Shown here in pieces: positions 37,222-45,862 of a DNA stretch of 64,000 bases; position 1 is the stretch's first letter; every line of letters starts with the position of its first letter. A model generated the notes under the pieces. It had not been told where the DNA came from, ran no database searches, and worked only from the letters and a program-made list of their open reading frames with translations. Where the stretch lies: assembly GCA_041748075.1 (NCBI GenBank), contig JBGTDX010000036.1, positions 58,505 through 122,504 of the forward strand, given 5' to 3'. This DNA is from Thermoanaerobaculia bacterium (lineage in GTDB: Bacteria; Acidobacteriota; Thermoanaerobaculia; Gp7-AA8). Made by a program: the position numbers and the translations under genes.

Positions 37222-38067
37222 TCAGGAGCGGTTGGAAACCTGTTCGGGGACCTCGGCTGGAACCGGAGGCGTGTCCTGCACTTTTTTCGTCCGGAAAATC
37301 GGATGCGAGTAAAGCTGCTTCTTGTGCAGCTTGTAGAAAAACATCGTCTTGAGAATTCCCAGTCCGTAGCGGGAGGCGCGCCAGAACCCGATCTGGGAAG
37401 CCTCCGGGAAATACCGCGTCTGGATGGGGACCTCGCGGATCACCATCTTGCTCGCCACTCCCTGAGCGATGATCTCAGTGTCGAAGATGAAGTCGTCCGA
37501 GTTCGCCTCGAGGTTGACCGTCTCGAGATAGTGGCGCGAATAGGCGCGGAAACCGGAGTGATATTCGGAGAGGAAGACGTAAAACGTCGCGTTCTCGATC
37601 ATGGTCAGAAAGAGGTTGGCGAAGTACTTCCACTTCGGCATGCCACCCTCGATGGGGCGGCCGCCCAGCATGCGCGAGCCGAACACCGCGTCGCATTCAT
37701 CGTTGAGCAGGGGCTTCACGAGCTCCGGGACGATCGTGGGGTCGTACTGGTGATCCGGATGCACCATGACCATGATCTCGCCGCCCAGCTCATCCATCGC
37801 GGTCCGGTAGCATGTTTTCTGGTTGCCGCCGTACCCCCGGTTCCGGGTGTGAACGACGGTGCGGATGCCGAGCTCCCTGGCCACCTCGACGGTCCGGTCG
37901 CGAGAGAGGTCATCGACCAGAAGGATCTCGTCGACCCACTCCTGGGGAATGTCGTTGTAGGTCGCGACCAGGGTTTTTTCCGCGTTGTAGGCAGGAAGGA
38001 CGACCACGACCTTCTTCGAGCGGCGGGGAGGAATCTCGTCCATATGAGGAGGGCTGGAGAATATCAC
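37222..38067 (-). CDS. GT2-family polyprenol-phosphate glycosyltransferase (Dpm1/CsbB/GtrB-like)
   Basis: VVVVLPAYNAEKTL...VDDLSRDRT and DxD region typical of GT-A GT2 enzymes. No TM core. Size of undecaprenyl-phosphate sugar synthases. Confidence 0.8.
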   Translation of the reverse strand: MIFSSPPHMDEIPPRRSKKVVVVLPAYNAEKTLVATYNDIPQEWVDEILLVDDLSRDRTVEVARELGIRTVVHTRNRGYGGNQKTCYRTAMDELGGEIMVMVHPDHQYDPTIVPELVKPLLNDECDAVFGSRMLGGRPIEGGMPKWKYFANLFLTMIENATFYVFLSEYHSGFRAYSRHYLETVNLEANSDDFIFDTEIIAQGVASKMVIREVPIQTRYFPEASQIGFWRASRYGLGILKTMFFYKLHKKQLYSHPIFRTKKVQDTPPVPAEVPEQVSNRS

Positions 38068-38178
38068 ACGGAATGCAGGAGGACGGAATGCTGAATCCTG
38101 CGTAAAGAACCGAGTCGCGCGGCTTTACTACTGCAGCGCCATCGGTTATACGAGAGCCCGTGAAGCCCGGAGGGAGTC

Positions 38179-38216
38179 CCATTCAACATTCTGCATTCCA
38201 CATCCAACATTCCGTC
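38179..38216 (+). repeat. Degenerate heptamer tandem repeat (CATTCAA/CATTCTG/CATTCCA/CATCCAA/CATTCCG) upstream of the YfhO-like gene
   Basis: Five consecutive 7-nt units read directly from the sequence. Confidence 0.4.
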
Positions 38217-38236
38217 CGCCGTTTTCAAACTCACCA

Positions 38237-40627
38237 ATGAACATGATTCCGGGTCAGAGGCGTGACTGGCTCGCGGTCCTGCTATTGCTCGGACTGGCCA
38301 CGCTTTTTTTTGCCGATGTCCTGTTCCTCGGCCGCAGCCTCTACCTGCGGGACCTGACCCGCTACTACTATCCGACCAAGAAGATCGTTCGCGAGGTGAT
38401 TTTCAGCGGCGAGATGCCGTACTGGAACCGCTTTTATTCGGCCGGCCAGCCGATGGCTGCGAATCCGGAGTACGAGATCTTTTACCCGCCGCAGTGGCTC
38501 GTCCTTCTGCCGTCGTACGACTTCGGCTACAGACTGCACATCGTCTTTCACGTTTATCTTGCCATCGCCGGGATGTACCTGCTGCTGCGTTCGATGAATC
38601 TTCAGATCCGCACGGCCTTCTTCGGAGCGGTGGTGTTCGCGCTGGGGGGCGTCTACCTGTCGCTGGTGAACCTGCTCCCGATCATGTTTGCGGTCGCCTG
38701 GATGCCGCTGATCTTTCTGTTCACACGGCGGTGCTTGTTGATGCCGAACCTGAGAGATTTTTCGCTGGCGGCGCTTCTCATGGGTCTGCAGATGCTCGTG
38801 GGAGAACCGACGACACTCGTTCAGACCTGGTTCCTGATGGGCTGTTACGGACTTTACCGGGCGTGGCATAACCCCGGCCGGCTCAGCGTCGTTGCGAGAA
38901 ACACGCTTCTCATCGGACTGCTTGGCGTAGCCGGACTGCTCGTCGGCGCCGTGCAGATGTTTCCGGCGATCGATCACGTGGGCGACTCGATCCGCTCGCG
39001 CCCGTTCGACTTCAGCCTCGTCACGGCATGGAGCATGCCGTACGCGAAGCCATTCGAGCTCATCTTTCCAAACGTCTTCGGACACATGGCAAAAGACAAT
39101 GTCGTCTGGTACTGGGCGAGCGGCCTGTACAAAGGTACCGGCTCGGCGTTCCTCTACAGCATCTATCCAGGGCTCGGAACCGCAGCACTTTTCCTTGCTG
39201 CCATAGCGGTGCGGCCGCGGGGCGGAGGTCTGGTGCTGGCCATCGTGGCAGCCTCGACCGTGCTGGCCCTCGGCGGCAACACGCCGCTGTTCCGGTTGCT
39301 CTATGACCTGAAGCTGGGCACGTCCGTCCGGTATCCGGAAAAATTCGCAATGATGGGACTCTTCGCGCTGCTGATGCTCGGTTGTTTCATGTTCGAGCGC
39401 GTGCTTCGCCGCGACCGCGCCGTGATTCAGGCGGCAATGGGTATCGCGCTCGGAACGGCGATCGTCGCCGGAGCGATTCTGATCTTCTCCTTCACCCCCT
39501 GGTACCAGGAGGCGTTCTCGAAACTGTGGGGAACCCGCGCTACCGGTCCGGCGAAGATCATGGCGGATATCTATCGGATCGACTGGGCCGTAGCGCTTGC
39601 GAGAGGGTTGATCCTGGTGGGACTGCTGTGGTGGGCAAAGGAAAAGGGGACTCCGACCCGGTGGTTTGCAGCCTTCATGCTTTTCGTCCTGCTTGATCTC
39701 GGAATGATCGGAAAGGAGCTGACGCCGACCCATGGCCGCGATTTCTTCACGCCCCCTCCGGTGGCCGCAACGTTCGATCAGGACAGGGAAAATTACAGGA
39801 TCTTTCACGAGGCCGACTGGTACGGCTCGACCGACACGGCCCGGAAGTATTTCTCGACGGGGAGCTCTGTCTACTGGGTCGTGCGCAATGGCCTCTACCC
39901 GATGACGCCCGCGACGTGGGGATTCTCCATGGTACTCGAGCGCGACTATGACAAGACGGCGCTGCTTCCCACCGTCGATCTGGTCGACGCGATGTGGAAG
40001 GTCAAGCAGGAACGGCCGGATGACTGGAGCGAGATCTTCATGGCTATGTCGAACGCCCGGTATCGCTCCGCCTTCGTGCCCTTTGAAGAGGAAGCGAAAC
40101 GGGTCAAGGGCAATCACAGGATCTCACGCCCCATGGAATTCGAGCGCGTGGAGGCGTGGCCCCGATATTACTTTGCCGAACAGATGGTGCGCGTCGAGGA
40201 TGCCGCCGAGTTCACGAAGATGCTGAGCGAGGCCTCATGGAGCCGAAGTGTCGCTTTCGTCCACATCCCGGCCTTCGAGCCCGCGGAGGGAGTCGTGAAA
40301 TCGGTCGAGGAGACGAACAACACGGCTCGAATCGAAGTCGAGAGCGAAGGCCGATCGTTTCTGGTCATGAGCGTGACGCCGCATAAGTACTGGAGTGCGA
40401 CCCTCGACGGCACGCCCGTCGAGCTGCATGTCACGAACATCGGGTACCAGGGAGTTGTCATTCCCCCGGGCCGGCATGTCGTGGAGATGCGCTACCGGAA
40501 TGATGTCGTCGTTGCGTCCGGCGGCATTTCAGTCCTCGCGACGTTGTGTCTGATCCCCATGGCCATCTTCCGGTGCAGGGCAACGGGCGCGGCCGAGCCG
40601 CGCGCGCATTCGCAGGGTGTCGAATAG
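38237..40627 (+). CDS. YfhO-like polytopic membrane protein (GT-C-type glycosyltransferase, paralog 2)
   Basis: 796 aa with N-terminal multi-TM core and C-terminal beta-rich periplasmic domain plus a final TM. Shares motifs with paralogs 1 and 3. Confidence 0.7.
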   Translation: MNMIPGQRRDWLAVLLLLGLATLFFADVLFLGRSLYLRDLTRYYYPTKKIVREVIFSGEMPYWNRFYSAGQPMAANPEYEIFYPPQWLVLLPSYDFGYRLHIVFHVYLAIAGMYLLLRSMNLQIRTAFFGAVVFALGGVYLSLVNLLPIMFAVAWMPLIFLFTRRCLLMPNLRDFSLAALLMGLQMLVGEPTTLVQTWFLMGCYGLYRAWHNPGRLSVVARNTLLIGLLGVAGLLVGAVQMFPAIDHVGDSIRSRPFDFSLVTAWSMPYAKPFELIFPNVFGHMAKDNVVWYWASGLYKGTGSAFLYSIYPGLGTAALFLAAIAVRPRGGGLVLAIVAASTVLALGGNTPLFRLLYDLKLGTSVRYPEKFAMMGLFALLMLGCFMFERVLRRDRAVIQAAMGIALGTAIVAGAILIFSFTPWYQEAFSKLWGTRATGPAKIMADIYRIDWAVALARGLILVGLLWWAKEKGTPTRWFAAFMLFVLLDLGMIGKELTPTHGRDFFTPPPVAATFDQDRENYRIFHEADWYGSTDTARKYFSTGSSVYWVVRNGLYPMTPATWGFSMVLERDYDKTALLPTVDLVDAMWKVKQERPDDWSEIFMAMSNARYRSAFVPFEEEAKRVKGNHRISRPMEFERVEAWPRYYFAEQMVRVEDAAEFTKMLSEASWSRSVAFVHIPAFEPAEGVVKSVEETNNTARIEVESEGRSFLVMSVTPHKYWSATLDGTPVELHVTNIGYQGVVIPPGRHVVEMRYRNDVVVASGGISVLATLCLIPMAIFRCRATGAAEPRAHSQGVE

Positions 40628-41305
40628 CATTCGGAGAGAATCGCGAACGATCCTCACGCGCGAATCGCTCGAGTTGATCCAGACCACGGGTACCTCCCGG
40701 ATTCTGTAGCCCATCTGGCACGCGATCATCAGCATTTCCACGTCCCATGCGAAGCGATCGACGGTGGCCCGCTCGAATACGCGCTTTGCTGTTTCCCGAC
40801 GGAGCAGTTTGAAACCGCACTGCGTATCGGCGAACGGCAGTCCGGTGATGGTGCCCATCAATGCGTTGAAAACCTTTCCCATGCGCTGACGGTACCAGGC
40901 CTGACGCACCCTTACCTCGGATTGTTCGAGAGCTCTCGATCCGATGACCAGATCAGACGACTCGAATGCGTTGAGTAGTTTCGAGAGCTCTTCGATCGGT
41001 GTTGACAGGTCGGCGTCACTGATCAGTACGGCTTCGCCGGTAGCCTCCATGATGCCTCTGCGGATCGCGTATCCTTTCCCGGCATTGGACCGGTATCCGA
41101 CCAGACGGAAAGGAACGACATCCGACGATGTGGCGTTGACGACTGCGGCCGTTTCGTCGCGGCTGCCGTCATCGACGATAATCACTTCATGGATGTTTCC
41201 CTCGCGCGCTGCAAACCCGGCGATGCGTTCGATCGTATCCGGAAGGCGGCGCGCCTCGTTGTACGCTGGGATGACGACCGAGATCGATCGTGGTGAGGAA
41301 TTCAT
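40529..41305 (-). CDS. GT2-family polyprenol-phosphate glycosyltransferase (dolichyl-phosphate hexosyltransferase-like)
   Basis: SVVIPAYNEARRL...IIVDDGSRDET...ISDADLSTP and QCGFKL motifs typical of DPM1/GtrB-like GT2. Divergent from the M20 gene (21-nt spacer). The 3' end overlaps the YfhO-like gene by 99 nt. Confidence 0.8.
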   Translation of the reverse strand: MNSSPRSISVVIPAYNEARRLPDTIERIAGFAAREGNIHEVIIVDDGSRDETAAVVNATSSDVVPFRLVGYRSNAGKGYAIRRGIMEATGEAVLISDADLSTPIEELSKLLNAFESSDLVIGSRALEQSEVRVRQAWYRQRMGKVFNALMGTITGLPFADTQCGFKLLRRETAKRVFERATVDRFAWDVEMLMIACQMGYRIREVPVVWINSSDSRVRIVRDSLRMLFDTLRMRARLGRARCPAPEDGHGDQTQRRED

Positions 41306-41326
41306 GCCGGGAAGGGTAAACCAGAT

Positions 41327-42721
41327 TTGAAGCGTGTGCGTCTGTCCCGTGGTTTCTACGTTGCCGTATTGCTTGCGGTCTCAGTGACCCTCCTGATCGC
41401 CGGCTGGTCGCTGTATGTGAAAAAGACGACTCCGGAAGAGCTGCTCTACGTACCGAAGCGGGCAGTCATGACGCCGGAGCTCGAGCTGCTGCGCCGGTAC
41501 GTGCAGATCGATACGACCAATCCTCCGGGCAACGAAACGGAGGGCGCCACGTTTCTGGTCGATGTACTGAAGCGCCACGGTATCGAGTCGGAGCTCATCG
41601 AATCGGCTCCCGGCCGCGGAAACGTCTACGCCCGCATCGAGGGACGCCGTCCCGGAGAGGGACTGTTGCTGCTCAATCACATCGACGTGGTGGCTGCTGA
41701 TCCGGAGCGATGGAGCAAGCCTCCATTCGAGGGAGACGTGGAGCACAACATGATGTACGGGCGGGGAACGCTCGACATGAAAGGCGTTGGCATTACCCAG
41801 CTCCTTGCATTCATCGAGCTTGCGCGTTCCGGCCGCGTTCCGGAGCGCGACGTTGTTTTCCTTGCGACCGCCGATGAGGAGCAGGGAAGCCGGCTTGGTA
41901 TCGAATGGCTGCTCGAGCATCGGCCGGATGTCATCGAGGGTGTGCGCTACGCGGTCAATGAAGGGGGAATCACCGAGACCATCAAAGAGGAAGTCGTCTA
42001 TTTCGCCGTGGAGATTGGTTCGCGGCAGATGGTCTCGCTCAGGCTCAGCGCCTCCGATCGCGATACGATCCGGCGGATCCGGCTGGAGCTCGAGCCGGAG
42101 TTCACCTCCAGGGATCCCGAGCGTGTTCTTCCCGAGGTGCGCGAGTATTTCCGGTCGATTGCGCCGAAGAGGCTGGCCTTCGCCCCGTATCTTCAGGACA
42201 TCGACGGTACCATCGGGCAGGGCGAGTTCTGGAGGCTGCCCGAGCCCTATCGAGCCCTGACGCGGAACGACATTCTCATGGACGGCCCGTCGGAGCGAGG
42301 CGAGGGGTTCGAAGCCGATCTCTATCTCATCAATCTGCCGGACGAAGATCCCGATCAGGTAATCGCCCGGTTCCGCGAGCGGCTCTCGGGTCACGATGTC
42401 GACATCGAAGTCGTGCGCAAGATGGGCCCTGCGCCAATTTCCTCGACCGATACACCGATGTTCCGTCTCATCGTCGAAACAGTGCAGCGGGAGTACGGCA
42501 GCAACGTGACGGTGGGGCCATTCATCCTTCACGCCGGGACGACGGATTCACGCTACCTGCGCGGAAAAGGCATCGATGTATACGGCGTCTGGCCCTTTCC
42601 GGTCGACTATCACCAGTCGCAGGGTATTCATGGAGCAGACGAGAGAGTGCGTCTCGACTGGTTCATGAGCGGAGTGAGCATGATGAAAAATCTGGTTCGC
42701 GAATACGCCACCGTCGAGTGA
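41327..42721 (+). CDS. Secreted/membrane-anchored M20-family metallopeptidase (paralog A)
   Basis: TTG start. N-terminal signal-anchor. M20 metal-binding motifs (NHIDVV, TADEE, NEGG) and dimerisation domain. Confidence 0.8.
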   Translation: MKRVRLSRGFYVAVLLAVSVTLLIAGWSLYVKKTTPEELLYVPKRAVMTPELELLRRYVQIDTTNPPGNETEGATFLVDVLKRHGIESELIESAPGRGNVYARIEGRRPGEGLLLLNHIDVVAADPERWSKPPFEGDVEHNMMYGRGTLDMKGVGITQLLAFIELARSGRVPERDVVFLATADEEQGSRLGIEWLLEHRPDVIEGVRYAVNEGGITETIKEEVVYFAVEIGSRQMVSLRLSASDRDTIRRIRLELEPEFTSRDPERVLPEVREYFRSIAPKRLAFAPYLQDIDGTIGQGEFWRLPEPYRALTRNDILMDGPSERGEGFEADLYLINLPDEDPDQVIARFRERLSGHDVDIEVVRKMGPAPISSTDTPMFRLIVETVQREYGSNVTVGPFILHAGTTDSRYLRGKGIDVYGVWPFPVDYHQSQGIHGADERVRLDWFMSGVSMMKNLVREYATVE

Positions 42722-43064
42722 AGGACCGTGTGACCGTCTCACACTTCATCGTTCGACCTGCATCCTGAGTCGAACGCGCAGCCGCCCGAGAACGTGTTCA
42801 ACGTCCGATCGTCGAAAGGTCTGAGGACTCGCGAGGCAGGGAATCGACTTACAGTATTCCGCTGAGCCCGATTGCCACTCGTTGGCAGAAACGGGTGACG
42901 AAAAATGTCATACGCCGCGTCCCATGTGTCTTTCTGGTTTTGTAAGTGTTTGTAAACAAAGAAAGATTTTGGCTGGCCAAGGTTGGTACAACCCTTGACT
43001 ATAGGGAACCCAGAATCGGTCTCAAACAGGCGACAATTCAACCCTATCAACAGGAGGCTTTCAC

Positions 43065-43565
43065 ATGATGTCCCGGAAACAGAAAGGTTTTACCCTCATC
43101 GAGCTGCTCATCGTGGTCGCGATCATCGGCATTCTCGCCGCCATCGCCATCCCGAACCTGCTCACCGCCATGCAGCGCTCCAAGCAGAAACGCACCATGG
43201 CTGACATGCGCGGCATCGCCACCGCATGGGAAGCCCGCGCGGTCGACGAGAACCGTTACAACGCCGCGGGTGTCACGTTCCCCACAGTCACGCCGACGCA
43301 GGCTCAGATGGCTGGCATGCTCTCCCCCACCTACATCAAGACCCTCCCGCCCAATGACGGCTGGAACAACGCGTGGGACTACTACATCGATGCGGCTGTC
43401 GGTTCCACCAGCGCCTCGGCCCAGAACTACTTCATTCGATCCAGGGGCCGGGACAACCTGGCGATTACCGCTCCTGTCGATGGTGCGACGACCAACTTCG
43501 ATTGTGACATCGTCTACACCAACGGCAGCTTCGTGGTCTATCCGGATGGAGTTCAGCAGAACTGA
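43065..43565 (+). CDS. Type IV pilin / pseudopilin-like protein (paralog 1)
   Basis: AGGAGG RBS. Class III signal peptide KG|FTLIELLIVVAIIGILAAIAIP with Glu at position +5. ~165 aa. Confidence 0.8.
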   Translation: MMSRKQKGFTLIELLIVVAIIGILAAIAIPNLLTAMQRSKQKRTMADMRGIATAWEARAVDENRYNAAGVTFPTVTPTQAQMAGMLSPTYIKTLPPNDGWNNAWDYYIDAAVGSTSASAQNYFIRSRGRDNLAITAPVDGATTNFDCDIVYTNGSFVVYPDGVQQN

Positions 43566-43599
43566 ACGGGTGATCTTCAGGTATCGTGAGGTCGGTGAG

Positions 43600-43629
43600 A
43601 GGGCGTCCTGTGGACGCCCTTTCTTTTTG
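43600..43629 (+). terminator. Rho-independent terminator after pilin paralog 1
   Basis: Perfect 9-bp stem agggcgtcc/ggacgccct with tgtg loop, followed by TTCTTTTTG. Confidence 0.8.
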
Positions 43630-43687
43630 TGAGATCGAGCCGGACCCGGCAGGGACGTCCGCGCGTGCCCGTTCAGGAGGAGATTCA

Positions 43688-44194
43688 ATGCGACGTTCCA
43701 CTGAGAACAGCAGCGGGTTCACCCTAGTCGAGATGATGATCGTACTAGGCGTCGTGGGGGTCCTCGCTGCAATAGCGGTTGCCGCTTTCGGCAACGCGAT
43801 GAATCGGACCCGCCAGAAAAAATCGATGGCCGATATGCGGGCCGTCGCGATTGCGTGGGAGTCGCGCGCATCCGACCACGGAAGGTACAACGCCGCCGGG
43901 TTCACCTACCCGTCGGACGATTACAACCCCGGTGACATGGTGGGCCATCTGACACCAACCTACATCCGCCATCTGCCTCGTGCTGACGGATGGGCGAACG
44001 CTTTTGATTTCGCGGCCGACGAGTCGCTCGGAGCCGTGTCCGAGGTGCAGACCTACGCGATCCGTTCCCGGGGACGGGACGGTATTGCCGAGGGTCCGGT
44101 CTATGCGTCGACTCAGACGACCCGGTTCGACTGCGACATCATCTTCTCGAACGGCAATTTCGCCGTTTATCCGCAGGGCGTGACGCTGGAGTGA
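43688..44194 (+). CDS. Type IV pilin / pseudopilin-like protein (paralog 2)
   Basis: RBS caggagga. SG|FTLVEMMIVLGVVGVLAAIAVA prepilin N-terminus. Body is collinear with paralog 1 (shared KKSMADMRAVAIAWE, TYIRHLP, YAIRSRGRD and RFDCDIIFSNGNFAVYPQGV blocks). Confidence 0.75.
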   Translation: MRRSTENSSGFTLVEMMIVLGVVGVLAAIAVAAFGNAMNRTRQKKSMADMRAVAIAWESRASDHGRYNAAGFTYPSDDYNPGDMVGHLTPTYIRHLPRADGWANAFDFAADESLGAVSEVQTYAIRSRGRDGIAEGPVYASTQTTRFDCDIIFSNGNFAVYPQGVTLE

Positions 44195-44391
44195 TTCGCC
44201 TGCTCGTGGCGAACCTGCAGCGGAGGACGGTCATTGTGGCGAGCGAATGAACCACTCATCGGTACGTTTCCGCGGAGCAGGCTTCATTAGCAGCGATAAT
44301 GGCTGACGCCAACGTGGCGAAAATGGACCGGCACGCGGCGTTATCCGTGCACTCCCGCACGTCCCCGTGTAAGCTGTAGGTTGTCCGCCTC

Positions 44392-45798
44392 ATGACATTG
44401 CCTCGACGCTTACTCGGATGCCTCGCGCTGCTGCTGATCGTCCTCTCGGGCGGCTCCTGCAGGAAGTCGGAAGCCGTGGCGGAAGATCCCGCCGATCTCG
44501 AGGCGGAGCAGTACTTCATCAGCTATCTCCGGATCGATACGTCGAACCCGCCGGGCAACGAGACCGCCGCCGCCAACTTCTTTCATCAGATTTTTCAGAA
44601 GGAAGGAATCGAATCCCGACTGGTTGGCCCGAACCCCGCCCGGATGTCGGTATACGCGCGGCTGCGCTCGGGCGGTTCTGCGCCTGCGCTGGTGCTCATG
44701 CACCATCTCGATGTCGTGCCTGCCGATGACGCGCACTGGACGGTTCCTCCGTTCGAGGGAGTCTCGAAGGGCGGTTACATCTGGGGCCGGGGTGCGCTCG
44801 ACATCAAGTCCATGGGCGTTGCAAACCTCATGGCGATGCTCGACCTGAAACGATCCGGAGCCACCCTGAATCGCGATGTGATTTTTCTCGGAGTCGCTGA
44901 CGAGGAAGTGGGTGGAGCCATGGGAGCTCAGTTCCTGCTCGAGAAACACCCCGAGCTCTTCGAGGGGATCGGGTACGTGCTCAACGAAGGAGGATCGAAC
45001 GAGACGATCGTCGATTACGTTTCGTACTGGGGAATTGAGATCGCGCAGAAAGTTCCTCTCTGGGTGCGCATCTCCACGAAGGGAAGGGCGGAGCATGCGG
45101 CGGTTCCCCCCGACTCGGGCGGCAGCGCGGCGCAGCTGCTCGATATTCTCCGTGACCTCCAGGCCATGCCGCGGCCGTATCACCTCACCCCCGCCGTGCG
45201 TGACTACTTTCTCTCATTGGCGAAAGCGAAGAAGGGAGAGAAGCAGGAGATGCTGCTGAATCCCGAACGTTACGAGAACAACCCGCAGCTCGCCGCGAGG
45301 CTCCCTGCCGGCAGCCGGTCCCTTTTGACCCATACGATGGCGATCACGCGACTTCAGGCGGGCAGTGTGATCAACGCCATGCCCACGGAGGCTTCCGCAT
45401 GGCTGGACTTCCGTCTTCTGCCCGGTTCGTCACCCCAGGCGATGGTCAGAGAGCTCGATAGAGTGATTGGAGATCGGGGAGAGCTCGAGGTCGTGCTCGC
45501 GGGGATCACGACGCCGCCTGCGCCGTCGAATACCGATCTTTATCAGGCACTCGAACGTGTGATGCGGCGCGCCGAGCCGCGCTCGGTAGTCGGGCCGCTC
45601 GTTTCCGCGGGCACCTCTGACAGCCGCTTTTTCCGTGCGCGCGGAGTTCCTACCTACGGGATCTCTCCGTTCAAAGTGAATTACTACGATGGAGACACTG
45701 TCCACGGACCGGATGAGCGGATCCGGAGGACGTTCTTTCTCCAGGGTGTCGGGGTGATGAAGCAGATCGTTCGCGAATTCTGTGTCGAACGGGGATGA
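44392..45798 (+). CDS. M20-family metallopeptidase lipoprotein (paralog B)
   Basis: Lipoprotein-type signal (LIVLSGGSC). Same M20 motifs as paralog A (HHLDVV, VADEE, NEGG). The two N-terminal regions are close paralogs. Confidence 0.8.
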   Translation: MTLPRRLLGCLALLLIVLSGGSCRKSEAVAEDPADLEAEQYFISYLRIDTSNPPGNETAAANFFHQIFQKEGIESRLVGPNPARMSVYARLRSGGSAPALVLMHHLDVVPADDAHWTVPPFEGVSKGGYIWGRGALDIKSMGVANLMAMLDLKRSGATLNRDVIFLGVADEEVGGAMGAQFLLEKHPELFEGIGYVLNEGGSNETIVDYVSYWGIEIAQKVPLWVRISTKGRAEHAAVPPDSGGSAAQLLDILRDLQAMPRPYHLTPAVRDYFLSLAKAKKGEKQEMLLNPERYENNPQLAARLPAGSRSLLTHTMAITRLQAGSVINAMPTEASAWLDFRLLPGSSPQAMVRELDRVIGDRGELEVVLAGITTPPAPSNTDLYQALERVMRRAEPRSVVGPLVSAGTSDSRFFRARGVPTYGISPFKVNYYDGDTVHGPDERIRRTFFLQGVGVMKQIVREFCVERG

Positions 45799-45862
45799 AG
45801 GTTCCCGGAATCCTGAGCCCGCCGGGCCGGACAGGAGATGTTCGACCACTCGAGGTCGCACC

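Noticed and set aside
38282-40117. 611-aa minus-strand ORF
   Set aside because: Antisense to the YfhO-like membrane protein gene. Extremely Arg/His/Glu-rich with no hydrophobic or domain signature.
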